Positions 17,936 through 27,503 of a stretch of 56,577 nt of DNA are shown in pieces. Where the stretch lies: the IMG/VR virus record IMGVR_UViG_3300027759_000111, positions 1 to 56,577 of that record; one strand, written 5' to 3'. A program made the position numbers and the translations under genes. The stretch's first letter is position 1. Each line of letters starts with the position of its first letter. The notes below the pieces were generated by a model. It was not told the DNA's origin and did not search any database. It was given only the letters and a program-made list of their open reading frames with translations. Source of the DNA: a virus (Duplodnaviria; Caudoviricetes).

Positions 17936-20900
17936 TTAATTTTCTATTAATCTCCAACCATAAGTTGATCCTGTATATACTATACCAATACCTGAATTTT
18001 GTTGAGATACTACTAAATTTTCGGTTAAGCCCATTATTTTATTACCAGCTCTTCCTATTGTTAAATTATTTGTATTAAAAGTTCCTGCTAAATCTAAAAA
18101 TCTTACTTGATCTCCTATTTGAGGAGAAACAGGTAAATTAATTGTACAAGCCGCTGAATTAGTATTTACAAAAATTCTATCATTTGACGCAGCAGTAAAT
18201 GTAGAAGAACCATCTGCTGTTACTGTTGACCAAGGATTACCACCACCTAGTCCTGTCCATTGAGTTCCATTATAACCTTCCCAAGTTGTTAAAGATGTAT
18301 TGTATCTTAGACCTCCCGTATATAATCCAAAACCAGCAGTAGGTCTTTCAGCAGTTGTACCAGTTGGTGGAACAAATATACCTGTTCCCATATTATCTCT
18401 TTGTATGTAACCAACAACAGCGTTTTCTGTAGGAACGGCCGTGTTTGAATTGCCTGACATAGATTCGTCTGAAGAAAATTCATTAATAGTAGCACCTAAC
18501 TGAGCGCCAATAGAACCTAATTGTAATTCAGTTAATCCTGAAAGGTCAAAAGCATCAGCATTTAAAGTTGCAATACCAGTTGCCTGTTGAATACGGAATA
18601 AATCTCCAACTCTAAAATCTCCACCTTGATCTGAAGATGTCCAGTAAACTCTACCGCCTGTATTAAATTCTATTTCATCTGCTTGGTCGGCCGGTTGTAA
18701 AGGTTCATTCGGATAATTTGTATCTACAAAACCTCCTGTACCAATATCTAAGAAATCGTGACCAGTAAATCTACAGTTAGAATATTTACGAGTAAATGTA
18801 ACAGTAGTTCCATCAGGCACAGCATCTAAAGTTGAAAGTTCAGTTACTAAACGAACAGTTGCTTTTTGAGTGGCTGTGTCTTGATTTGTAAAGCCAGAAA
18901 CAATATAGTATTGTTCACCTACGCCAAATCTAACGTTATCTCCTATTTTAATATTATTAGTACTAGATAAAACTCCATTTGATGATTCTATTTCAATTAA
19001 GCTACCTGATTGTTTAGCACCGTTACCACTGATACCAGCAGCCGTGTTAGGTATAGCAAAAGTAAATGTACCAGCACTTAATCTTGTAACTCTAACTGTT
19101 TCACCTTGTGCAAAATTGCCTGTTGCAGGATCTAAATGTATTTTATTTGCTGAAATGTTTAATCTAAAAATTGTACCTGTAGCGCCTGAAGTGAGACCAA
19201 GCACAGTTTGACCTATTTGAAATTCTGAAGCACCAGCGCCTGATACTGTAAGTGGATTGTAATTGATTGTTCTACCTCTTGTAGTTACAGTAATAGGAAT
19301 TTCTGCCGCTAAGTTTCCTTCAGCAACAATACCTTGTTCTCCATAAGCAGAAGAACAGTTTAATCCTCGTAAGAATCCACCACCTGAAGTATAGAAAGAT
19401 TTTTGGCAATAATATGTAAACACAGAAACCATTTCACCTCGGCCTCCGTTTAATGCCCAAACTCCTAGACCATCGGAGTTAATTTGTGTAAAGTCGTTTG
19501 CAAGAATTGATCTATTACTTGTAGCAGAAGGATGTAATAAACCATCAACTTTAATACCTACAGCATTATCATTAAATGAAGTACAGTTTTGAATATATGG
19601 AGAAGTATTTGTAATTAATTCTTCAGGATCTAAAGATACTACAACAGCACCGTGGCCACCTGTGTAAGTAGCAGCACTGTGTGTTTGAAGGCCTGTAAAT
19701 CCTCTAAATGCAAAATATTCAACGTTAGCTCCATTAGCACATAAGAAAACATAACCAGCATTATTATTTTCTAAAGTTGTTACAGTTAAAACAATGTTAC
19801 CACCACCTCCAACATCTGTTGAATTTAATGTAATTGTATTACCTACGGCATAATCATAACCACCGTGCAGCACTGTAATAACTGGATTAGAAGAACCATC
19901 TTTTACTACTTTAAATCTAGCACCAGCTCCCGAACCTGATGTTGAAAGTTGTTTAACATACGTATATGTTCCCGCTGTTCCTCCGGTTCCTGATGTTCTT
20001 GTTACTGTTGCAATTGTAGTTGACGAACCTGTAGCTGGTCTAATTTCTGTTGATCTTAAACTATCTCCTCTTACTGTTACAAAAGGAGGAATACGCAAAG
20101 GCATTTGTTCTCTATAACTTCCATTTCTCACATATAAAACATCTCCAGCATTTACTGACTTAACTGTAAAAGTTATGTTTGTAGCTGGTGTTCCACCTAA
20201 TTGAGATAAACTAATTGTTATTGTATCTCCAGCTGCGTAATTTTTTCCACCGTTTGTAATATCAATTACAGGTGTGGTTGAACCGTCTATTGTAACTCTT
20301 GCTGTAAATCCTGATCCTGTTCCACCTGAACCAGTTACATCATAAGTTCCTGGGACACCTCCTGTGCCGCCTGAAATTGTAGAAGTATCAAAATCTGTTA
20401 TATCACCTCGACCAGTTTGTGTTAAACCATATTTAATTGTTTTAAAAGGTAATAATTCTGTTCCTGGATTTGAATCAGATCCATCATTAGATACGTATAA
20501 TACTTGTCTATTTGTAGGATTTTTCCAAACAGGATCTAAACCAGTTGAAACTAATTGTGAACCTGCAACACCAATAGGTAATCTAGCCGCAGCAGATGCA
20601 CTTCTTACAACAATATCTCCTCTATATTGTAATACAGCTTGACTATCACCTTGTGCTAACAAACTCCATTTAGCTGCATCAGTTCCTGGTGTTACGTTGT
20701 AAATATTATCTGCTATAGCTATGTATGAACTAGCTGTATACGATACTACATCTCCTCTAAAATATGTTAATATATTACTGTATGTTTGTCTGTAATTAAG
20801 ACCTTGAACAACTAAAGTCCATTTTGATGAGTGTGTATATGGACTTTGTCCAGCACCGGTATCTTGTGTACAAACAAATGCATATCCTCCAAATTGTAGA

Positions 20901-21628
20901 ACATCGCCAGTTTTATATGATGAAACGGCATCCCAAGTTCCTAATGCTCTAAATCCTGGAACAATTAAATCCCAATTTGCACTTGATGCTATAGGTGCTG
21001 GCTGTGCTGCCGCAACTTCTAAAGCAGCAACGTAAGCATATCCTCCATAAGTTACTACATCGCCTTTTTCATATGCTGTGGCCGCACTCCAAGTATCTTC
21101 CCATTGCAATCCTTCAGCGTAAGCAGCAAAATTACTTTCATTAAATGACGAAGCACTCGCTGATGATGTATGAGCAGTAGTACAAATATATAAACTACCT
21201 CCATATTTCACTACATCATTAACTTTATAATAAGTGCTTATAGCATATGCGCCTTTGTAATCTGTAGCATCAATATATAATTCAAAATTTGAAGCATTTA
21301 ATATTGCTGTTCCTGAAACGGCCGCAGCTGATGTGTGTTGAGTTGTGCAACGATATTGTCTAGCACCATATTTTACAACGTCATTTAATTTGTAATGTGT
21401 AGAGGCCGCATATGTGCCTTTAAAGAAAAGAGATTCAGCTTGTAATGACCATTTAACAGCAGATAAATCTGTATAAAATCCTGGACTTGTAGATTGAGAA
21501 GTATGGTTAACAATACAGACGTAAGTATTACCGCCGTATTTTACTACGTCATCAATAAGAAAACCTGTAGAGGTTGACCAGTCACCTCTCCATTTAAATT
21601 TAATCCTACCTAGTTTAAAATCTGCCAT
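17936..21628 (-). CDS. large tail fibre/spike with carbohydrate-binding-like repeats and beta-helix region
   Basis: N-terminal repeats W/YxxxTxYxxxDVVxYGGxxYxC; LYVSNDGSDSNPG...PFKTI motif preceding a pectin-lyase-like region. Confidence 0.7.
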   Translation of the reverse strand: MADFKLGRIKFKWRGDWSTSTGFLIDDVVKYGGNTYVCIVNHTSQSTSPGFYTDLSAVKWSLQAESLFFKGTYAASTHYKLNDVVKYGARQYRCTTQHTSAAAVSGTAILNASNFELYIDATDYKGAYAISTYYKVNDVVKYGGSLYICTTAHTSSASASSFNESNFAAYAEGLQWEDTWSAATAYEKGDVVTYGGYAYVAALEVAAAQPAPIASSANWDLIVPGFRALGTWDAVSSYKTGDVLQFGGYAFVCTQDTGAGQSPYTHSSKWTLVVQGLNYRQTYSNILTYFRGDVVSYTASSYIAIADNIYNVTPGTDAAKWSLLAQGDSQAVLQYRGDIVVRSASAAARLPIGVAGSQLVSTGLDPVWKNPTNRQVLYVSNDGSDSNPGTELLPFKTIKYGLTQTGRGDITDFDTSTISGGTGGVPGTYDVTGSGGTGSGFTARVTIDGSTTPVIDITNGGKNYAAGDTITISLSQLGGTPATNITFTVKSVNAGDVLYVRNGSYREQMPLRIPPFVTVRGDSLRSTEIRPATGSSTTIATVTRTSGTGGTAGTYTYVKQLSTSGSGAGARFKVVKDGSSNPVITVLHGGYDYAVGNTITLNSTDVGGGGNIVLTVTTLENNNAGYVFLCANGANVEYFAFRGFTGLQTHSAATYTGGHGAVVVSLDPEELITNTSPYIQNCTSFNDNAVGIKVDGLLHPSATSNRSILANDFTQINSDGLGVWALNGGRGEMVSVFTYYCQKSFYTSGGGFLRGLNCSSAYGEQGIVAEGNLAAEIPITVTTRGRTINYNPLTVSGAGASEFQIGQTVLGLTSGATGTIFRLNISANKIHLDPATGNFAQGETVRVTRLSAGTFTFAIPNTAAGISGNGAKQSGSLIEIESSNGVLSSTNNIKIGDNVRFGVGEQYYIVSGFTNQDTATQKATVRLVTELSTLDAVPDGTTVTFTRKYSNCRFTGHDFLDIGTGGFVDTNYPNEPLQPADQADEIEFNTGGRVYWTSSDQGGDFRVGDLFRIQQATGIATLNADAFDLSGLTELQLGSIGAQLGATINEFSSDESMSGNSNTAVPTENAVVGYIQRDNMGTGIFVPPTGTTAERPTAGFGLYTGGLRYNTSLTTWEGYNGTQWTGLGGGNPWSTVTADGSSTFTAASNDRIFVNTNSAACTINLPVSPQIGDQVRFLDLAGTFNTNNLTIGRAGNKIMGLTENLVVSQQNSGIGIVYTGSTYGWRLIEN

Positions 21629-21651
21629 TGATGAACCTTATTTTATTCTAC

Positions 21652-21659
21652 TATTTATA
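21652..21659 (-). promoter_or_regulatory. T4-type late promoter TATAAATA
   Basis: Exact motif upstream of the ATG at 21628. Confidence 0.7.
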
Positions 21660-21671
21660 ATCATTTTAACT

Positions 21672-22292
21672 TTAGCTTCTCCAACTTGTTGAATTTACTA
21701 CTTGTGTACTCTCAAAAGTACTGAAATCATCACTTGCTATACTCGTTAGAGATTTTACAAAATTCTCTCTTTTTACAAAATAACCATTACTATCAACAAA
21801 ATATGTGGCTTCACCATCTTCAAAGACATATTGATAATAAAAATCTGATGGATTCGCTTGAGTTGTTTTATCTATTTTACCTACAGCCACTTGTGAGCTA
21901 CTTTGTGGAGCAACTTTAAATGTAACAATAGGACTTGTGTAACTATATGTATTGTCTAATTCTTGTATATTACCATTAACAAAAACTGCAATTCTACTAC
22001 CATCTAATACAGGCGCTGATAATGTAAATGCAGTTGTAGAACCATTTCCTGTAAAAATTTCTGTTGCTCCAGCTTGTAATTTAATAGTATCTTCTACGTA
22101 ATTTTCGTTTGTTGGTAATTGTCTGTTACCGTTTTTATCTGTTGGATTACCAGCATCAAAATCTATTGAAACATTTTCATCTTTATTAATTTTTGTGTAA
22201 TATAACAATCCTTCGCTTGTACGTCTTAAAGCGTGAAACGTTTCCGTTGTTTGTGTTGAAGTTTCTGGTACTACGAATCCTAATTTAGCCAT
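21672..22292 (-). CDS. virion structural protein
   Basis: FTGNGSTTAFTL...IAVFVNG module shared with the fibre at 46628-47923; coupled within the structural operon. Confidence 0.55.
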   Translation of the reverse strand: MAKLGFVVPETSTQTTETFHALRRTSEGLLYYTKINKDENVSIDFDAGNPTDKNGNRQLPTNENYVEDTIKLQAGATEIFTGNGSTTAFTLSAPVLDGSRIAVFVNGNIQELDNTYSYTSPIVTFKVAPQSSSQVAVGKIDKTTQANPSDFYYQYVFEDGEATYFVDSNGYFVKRENFVKSLTSIASDDFSTFESTQVVNSTSWRS

Positions 22293-22639
22293 TAAGTAAT
22301 CTCCAATACACTAGCATAAGCTTCAACATCAGGTGAAGATGAATCATCATTGACAGCTGCTACCAATCTAATTTTATCGTTAGCTTCTAAATTTATTGGT
22401 TTATCCATTACTAAAGTGTTTTCTACAGGAATTTGTAAAGATTTTCCTATATGATAAAAAGTTGTACCACCATCTGTAGTAACTTTTACATCAACATTGG
22501 CCACGTTTGTAGCACTCTTATTTGAAATATACAATGCGTGAATAACGGCCGTTGTAGCAGATGGACAAGTGTATAAATTAGCACTTGCATTATCTGAAGT
22601 GATAACTGTCATACCTGCATTTTTAAATGTACTTGCCAT
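22292..22639 (-). CDS. small virion structural protein
   Basis: MASTFKNAG...LYTCPS...KPINLEANDKIR beta-rich pattern; context among fibre genes. Confidence 0.55.
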   Translation of the reverse strand: MASTFKNAGMTVITSDNASANLYTCPSATTAVIHALYISNKSATNVANVDVKVTTDGGTTFYHIGKSLQIPVENTLVMDKPINLEANDKIRLVAAVNDDSSSPDVEAYASVLEIT

Positions 22640-22647
22640 TTTTTAAT

Positions 22648-23028
22648 TTATCCTCCGAAAACAATTGACAATGCTAATGCATCATCAACCATTGCCACTG
22701 TTCCGCTTTGATTTGGTAAAGTTATTGTTCTATCACTTGTAGGTTCAGCTACTACTAAACTTGTTTCAAAAGCGTTTTCAATACTACCTTCAAAAACTAA
22801 ATTTGATCCGTTCAATACAATATCATTTGTTGTTGAGTTACCACTATTTGTAGCTCCTTGAAGTGTAACTGCACCGGCACCTCCAACTTCTTTTACTATG
22901 TTACTAGAAGTTTTAGTGTAAAATTTACCGTCAGTTATATTGAGTGCTATTTCACCTACCTCTAATTGACCTGTTGTAGGTATTGAAGCTGCTACTTCTG
23001 AGCGTTTTGGTTTAAATACAGTTGGCAT
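22648..23028 (-). CDS. short tail-fibre-like protein
   Basis: KRSEVAASIPTTGQLEVGEIALNITDGKFY fibre N-terminal module plus FEGSIENAFET module. Confidence 0.6.
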   Translation of the reverse strand: MPTVFKPKRSEVAASIPTTGQLEVGEIALNITDGKFYTKTSSNIVKEVGGAGAVTLQGATNSGNSTTNDIVLNGSNLVFEGSIENAFETSLVVAEPTSDRTITLPNQSGTVAMVDDALALSIVFGG

Positions 23029-23034
23029 AATAAA

Positions 23035-23175
23035 TTATTTTTTAAATATATTTTTTAATCTATCAATATAATTGTAATTTCTTCTATCTTCTTTTTTGCC
23101 TAAACTGTAACCAATCAAAAATGATCCGGCCATAACTGTAAGTATTGCGATTATGTGCCAAGCTAAAAATGCCAT
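23035..23175 (-). CDS. small single-TM membrane protein (46 aa, not in ORF track)
   Basis: MAFLAWHIIAILTVMAGSFLIGYSLGKKEDRRNYNYIDRLKNIFKK; TAATG coupling to the upstream stop; fills the gap. Confidence 0.65.
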   Translation of the reverse strand: MAFLAWHIIAILTVMAGSFLIGYSLGKKEDRRNYNYIDRLKNIFKK

Positions 23176-24869
23176 TAATATGTTCCTCCGTCTATTGTTG
23201 TTATTGCTACTGAACCACTTGTAACTAAAAAGTTTGCAGTAGGGAAAAAAGCAACTCCAGCATTTGAAGCTGTTGCTAATTCTCCTGATATTGTTATTCT
23301 ATTTTGTGATACTGTTGTGTTAATTCCTTCGCCTGCTAAAAATTCTAAAGTATCTTCTAAAAAAACTTGTCCTAATGTAGAAGATTCATCCGCTAATCTT
23401 ATAAATGGATTTGCAAGTTTGCTTCTTGTAATAGAACCTGCTAACATAGCATTTGTAATACCTAATGCTTTTACTCTTAGAGCATCACTGTTAACTTCTA
23501 TTGAACTGCCATCAACTGCAACATTTAAAGTGTTGCCTGTTTTTGTTAAAGCATCACCTGCTGTAATTTGTCCAGCACCTGAAAATTGTCCTACTGTTAA
23601 TGAAGTTGTACCAATTGTAGGTGTACCTTCGTGTGTGAATACATAACCATTATCAGCATTATCTGTACCTTGTTCTACAAATACAAAAGCACCACCTGTT
23701 AATTCAGCAGCAGTGTCGGCATCAACTGATCTTGTCCATACTGTTGATGATGTTCTTACGTAAATACCGTTTTGACTTTGTGTAGTTTGGTTCTTAACTA
23801 AAATTCTATCACCATTTGTTAAAGTTACACCGTCGAGTGTTGTAACAGCAGAACCAAAAGTTAATGTAGCACCTACACCTGCTGTACCGTTAGCATATGT
23901 AGCACTTAAATTTACTGTTGTAGCCGCAACGACTGAATTTTTAACATCTAAACCTTGTGATGTTGCGTCAACATATTCTTTTGTTGCAAGTGAGTCAGTA
24001 GTAAATCCTGCACGGTCTTTATAACCTGATGGAACTTTAACTGTTCCTGTACCGTTTGGTGATAATGTTAAATCACCATTACTGTTTGTTGTTGAAATTG
24101 TATTCGCATCAACTCTAATATTATCAACATCTAATTGTGTTAATCCTGCAACGGCCGTTGTTGTAGAACCTAAAGTAAGTGTAGAACTTCCTAATGTGAT
24201 TGTAGAATTTGCTAATTTTACATTTGTAACACCAGCATCTGTTAATTGTGTTGTGCCAATTGAACTGTTACCAATTGAAAATGCTACTTGGTTATTTGTA
24301 ACAGCAGTTACAACTTGTGTGTTACCTTGAAAATCTAAAGTTTCATTTGTATTAAATGTATCTGAACCTGTATCGCCTGTAATTGTAAAACTAGAATAGA
24401 TAGTATCAAAAGATAAAACACCAGAACCGTCTGTTTTTAAAAACTGGCCGGCAGTTCCATCATCTGGTGGTAAAGTTAATGTGTAACTTGCGGCTAAAGT
24501 ATTCGGAGCTTTAATTATAATACTATCAGTACCGTTATTAGTACCTTCATTTAATTTAATTCCGCCACCAACTGTTGTACTATTTCCTACAATAATTTCA
24601 TCTACTGCTTTATTTGCATCAACGATAATAGCTGAACTAGCAGTTAAAACTCCTGGCTGATGATCTAAAGCGTTTGTAAAATACTTACCGCCAATGACTT
24701 CTTGCGTTGTCGCATCGCCGTTACCATCAACTGGCCCAACACCAATAAAGAGTTTATCTCCTAATGTGTTATAAGCACCTGCAGCGTATGAATACGAAAG
24801 CTCTCCGATTTTGGCTGTAGCTGGTTTACCTAAACCACTGGACGTTTTTATTTTAATTATAGTTGCCAT
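23175..24869 (-). CDS. tail fibre protein
   Basis: Thr/Gly-rich; ATKEYVD...GLDVK, DRILVKNQT..QNGIY, GAFVFVEQG fibre modules; ends IDGGTY. Confidence 0.75.
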   Translation of the reverse strand: MATIIKIKTSSGLGKPATAKIGELSYSYAAGAYNTLGDKLFIGVGPVDGNGDATTQEVIGGKYFTNALDHQPGVLTASSAIIVDANKAVDEIIVGNSTTVGGGIKLNEGTNNGTDSIIIKAPNTLAASYTLTLPPDDGTAGQFLKTDGSGVLSFDTIYSSFTITGDTGSDTFNTNETLDFQGNTQVVTAVTNNQVAFSIGNSSIGTTQLTDAGVTNVKLANSTITLGSSTLTLGSTTTAVAGLTQLDVDNIRVDANTISTTNSNGDLTLSPNGTGTVKVPSGYKDRAGFTTDSLATKEYVDATSQGLDVKNSVVAATTVNLSATYANGTAGVGATLTFGSAVTTLDGVTLTNGDRILVKNQTTQSQNGIYVRTSSTVWTRSVDADTAAELTGGAFVFVEQGTDNADNGYVFTHEGTPTIGTTSLTVGQFSGAGQITAGDALTKTGNTLNVAVDGSSIEVNSDALRVKALGITNAMLAGSITRSKLANPFIRLADESSTLGQVFLEDTLEFLAGEGINTTVSQNRITISGELATASNAGVAFFPTANFLVTSGSVAITTIDGGTY

Positions 24870-24872
24870 TTA

Positions 24873-25127
24873 TTAATATTCTCCACCGTTAAGTGTTAAA
24901 TTTCCTGTCGTTGTAATGATGTTTGTTCTTGTAACAAACTTTTGATCGCTTGATCTATATTGTAATAAAGAGCCGTCAATTAAGCCTTCAGTTGTTGTAT
25001 CTACATCGCCTAATAATTTTAATTGTAATGAGCTGTTTTGTAATGTGGCACCAGATGGTATCGTTACAGATACTTTTTGGGGTCCAGCAGATGTAGGTGA
25101 ACTGATCCTAGCAGTTATGTTAGCCAT
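24873..25127 (-). CDS. small virion structural protein
   Basis: LKLLGDVD...DGSLLQY module; ends LNGGEY. Confidence 0.55.
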   Translation of the reverse strand: MANITARISSPTSAGPQKVSVTIPSGATLQNSSLQLKLLGDVDTTTEGLIDGSLLQYRSSDQKFVTRTNIITTTGNLTLNGGEY

Positions 25128-25148
25128 TCAAATCTCTCTTTTTACTTA

Positions 25149-25156
25149 TATTTATA
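25149..25156 (-). promoter_or_regulatory. T4-type late promoter TATAAATA
   Basis: Exact intergenic motif. Confidence 0.7.
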
Positions 25157-25184
25157 TTAATTTTAATCTATAATAAAGAATAAT

Positions 25185-25523
25185 TTAAACACTTACTTCA
25201 GGTCTAACGGTAATAATTCCTTCTAAAACTCTTGTAACTGAACCATTACTAGAGGTAATTTCAACGTCATAGACGTATCTTTCTGCGTCCAGAGCGGTTG
25301 TTTGATTGGCCGTTAAAGAAATAGTCAAAACACCAGTTGTTCTGTCCGTAGCAAAAGCAGTAGTCATTGCTGTTCTTGTTCTTGTAGATGAATAACCTTT
25401 GGCTAGTTTTGCACTGGCTGTATAACCAGTCAAATCAAATACGTTTCCGTTTATGTCTTTTACGGTTATATCTGATGTAAATGTTGCGCCTTGGTCTATT
25501 GATAGGTTTGCTACAGCTGCCAT
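25185..25523 (-). CDS. Ig-like virion structural protein
   Basis: NLSIDQGATF, FDLTGYTA, RYVYDVEI, TRVLEGIITVRPEV pattern common in T4-like phages. Confidence 0.65.
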   Translation of the reverse strand: MAAVANLSIDQGATFTSDITVKDINGNVFDLTGYTASAKLAKGYSSTRTRTAMTTAFATDRTTGVLTISLTANQTTALDAERYVYDVEITSSNGSVTRVLEGIITVRPEVSV

Positions 25524-25733
25524 TTATTTTGTTTCTTTAGTTTCCTTAACCTCTATACCTAATTCTTCTATAATTCTATTGTTATAGTATTCAGTTAAAA
25601 CGTCTATTTTCTCAATTTCAATAAGCAATCTTGTCTTATTGTTTTGTATTTCTTGTCTTGCTATGATGTAGTTTTTCAATTTATCACTGAACTTAGTTTC
25701 ATCATATTCTTTACCATTAATTGTAATCGCCAT
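25524..25733 (-). CDS. small coiled-coil hypothetical protein (start revised to 25733)
   Basis: AAGGAG SD 5 nt before the ATG at 25733; MAITINGKEYD then coiled coil. Confidence 0.6.
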   Translation of the reverse strand: MAITINGKEYDETKFSDKLKNYIIARQEIQNNKTRLLIEIEKIDVLTEYYNNRIIEELGIEVKETKETK

Positions 25734-25753
25734 ATTCACTCCTTGTTATACTA

Positions 25754-25761
25754 TATTTATA
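25754..25761 (-). promoter_or_regulatory. T4-type late promoter TATAAATA
   Basis: Exact motif at the end of the radical SAM operon, upstream of the resuming structural genes. Confidence 0.7.
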
Positions 25762-26155
25762 TTAAAAATTCAGACGTATAATACTTTTTAATATCCAACA
25801 CAATGCCTTTGTTTTCATTTAGTGGAAAAACTCTTTTTATTATATTATCGTAAACTTCTCTATCATTATCGTATGTTTTAAAATAAGGGTCGTTGTTAAA
25901 TAGTAAGTCTTTATCTCTTAATAATTCATAAAAATTCTCATTAAAATCTTTAGATAACCAGTATGCATAACAAATAGCTACAACATAACTTTTTGCAGGA
26001 TATACGAAACCCAAATCTTTATCATTAAAATATTTTACAGCTGTTTCCACCACATCACTCGAATATTCAATATGAAGTTTATTAAGGTCATCATCATGTT
26101 CTGTATTTGTTTTATGATATAATTCTTGTCTAATTTTCCATTCTTTTTTTATCAT
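25757..26155 (-). CDS. hypothetical protein, last gene of the radical SAM operon
   Basis: 132 aa; ATGA-coupled; YPAKSYVVAICYA and NDPYF look like conserved blocks. Confidence 0.7.
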   Translation of the reverse strand: MIKKEWKIRQELYHKTNTEHDDDLNKLHIEYSSDVVETAVKYFNDKDLGFVYPAKSYVVAICYAYWLSKDFNENFYELLRDKDLLFNNDPYFKTYDNDREVYDNIIKRVFPLNENKGIVLDIKKYYTSEFLI

Positions 26156-26781
26156 ATTTTTATTTTATTAATAGGATCATTATAAGATAACGATATTTCA
26201 GAAATATGTGCGCTATTATTATTATCAAACACATCAATAATACATTTGACCCATTGTTCAGGAGTATGACCATACATAAATTTTTCATCTTTTATTTTTA
26301 TATTCAATAAAGGTTTTAATTCTTCAGAAGAATAATATTCTTCCATATTTTTAATTATATTTTCATTTTTAATTGAAATGTGACCAGGATTTAATAATGT
26401 TACCATAGGCCACATTGATTTTGAATTTAATACTTTAGTTATTTTATTTAGAAACCTTTTTTGCATAACATATTCTAAATCATCTCCATTATTTTCATTA
26501 TTTAAGTTGAATGGATTATAACTGCCTATGTTCCAAATATGTTTTTTTAAACCTTTCCATTTTTTCCACACTTCATAAAACAAATCTATTTGTGCATAAT
26601 TTGAATGTGCATTATTAATAAACATATCGCAAGGTTCAATAATATTAGATATTTCTATTACATTGTTTATATCCTTACCTTCACTTTTACTAATTCCAAT
26701 AATTTCGTGACCTCTAATTTTTAATATATTTGAAAAAGCCTTTCCTATTCCTTTCGTGTGTCCTGTTATTGCAATTTTCAT
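26152..26781 (-). CDS. short-chain dehydrogenase/reductase
   Basis: ITGHTKGIG Rossmann motif, FINNA, NIGS, YVMQK (YxxxK). Confidence 0.85.
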   Translation of the reverse strand: MKIAITGHTKGIGKAFSNILKIRGHEIIGISKSEGKDINNVIEISNIIEPCDMFINNAHSNYAQIDLFYEVWKKWKGLKKHIWNIGSYNPFNLNNENNGDDLEYVMQKRFLNKITKVLNSKSMWPMVTLLNPGHISIKNENIIKNMEEYYSSEELKPLLNIKIKDEKFMYGHTPEQWVKCIIDVFDNNNSAHISEISLSYNDPINKIKI

Positions 26782-27503
26782 ATTTTATCCTCGTAATCTT
26801 TTATATTATTTTTAATATATTCTGTAAGTTTTTTAGTGAAATAATTTCTAAATTTGTAAACCACAAAGTAATATGGATACTGAAAAATATATTTTAGAAT
26901 ACCTAAAAAAGTAAAATTAGTTTCTGGTAATGACGCTATACGTATTTGCATTAAATAATATTCAGTATAATCTCTTAAAAACATAGCATTATAATGTTTT
27001 ACAAAATCTTCTTCAGTAATTTTACCTGATAGTTTAATAAATTCTTGCACAGATAATTTTTTTTCTTTTATTTCTTTATAATTATATGTAACATTGTGCC
27101 CATGCCAAGCTTGATTTTTTTTATCTGATATTCTAAAGTTTAATGGTAATTTAGATTTTAAAATATTTTTTTTAAAATTATTTAATTGTTCCATAGTATT
27201 AAAAGCAATAGTAACATATCTAAATTTTCTATCAGAATGTCCCTCACAACTAGAACAGGTTAAATAACCTTTATTAATTAATAAGATTACCAAATCAAAA
27301 ACTCCAGGATCAATATTTTCACCTATAAAAGGATTATATGGACTTACATGACTACTAACATATTCACCATCTTTGTCAATATATTCGTAAGGTCTTCCAT
27401 CTTTTGTTTTAAATTTGTTAGAATGTTTAAACAAAGCGTAATTTAATATTTCTTCATTATCATCAATTGCAACTTTTGTATTAGTTTTATATTCTTTGTT
27501 CAT
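26778..27503 (-). CDS. hypothetical protein with TxxSCxGH motif
   Basis: IDPG...LINKGYLTCSSCEGH; coupled within the operon. Confidence 0.6.
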   Translation of the reverse strand: MNKEYKTNTKVAIDDNEEILNYALFKHSNKFKTKDGRPYEYIDKDGEYVSSHVSPYNPFIGENIDPGVFDLVILLINKGYLTCSSCEGHSDRKFRYVTIAFNTMEQLNNFKKNILKSKLPLNFRISDKKNQAWHGHNVTYNYKEIKEKKLSVQEFIKLSGKITEEDFVKHYNAMFLRDYTEYYLMQIRIASLPETNFTFLGILKYIFQYPYYFVVYKFRNYFTKKLTEYIKNNIKDYEDKI

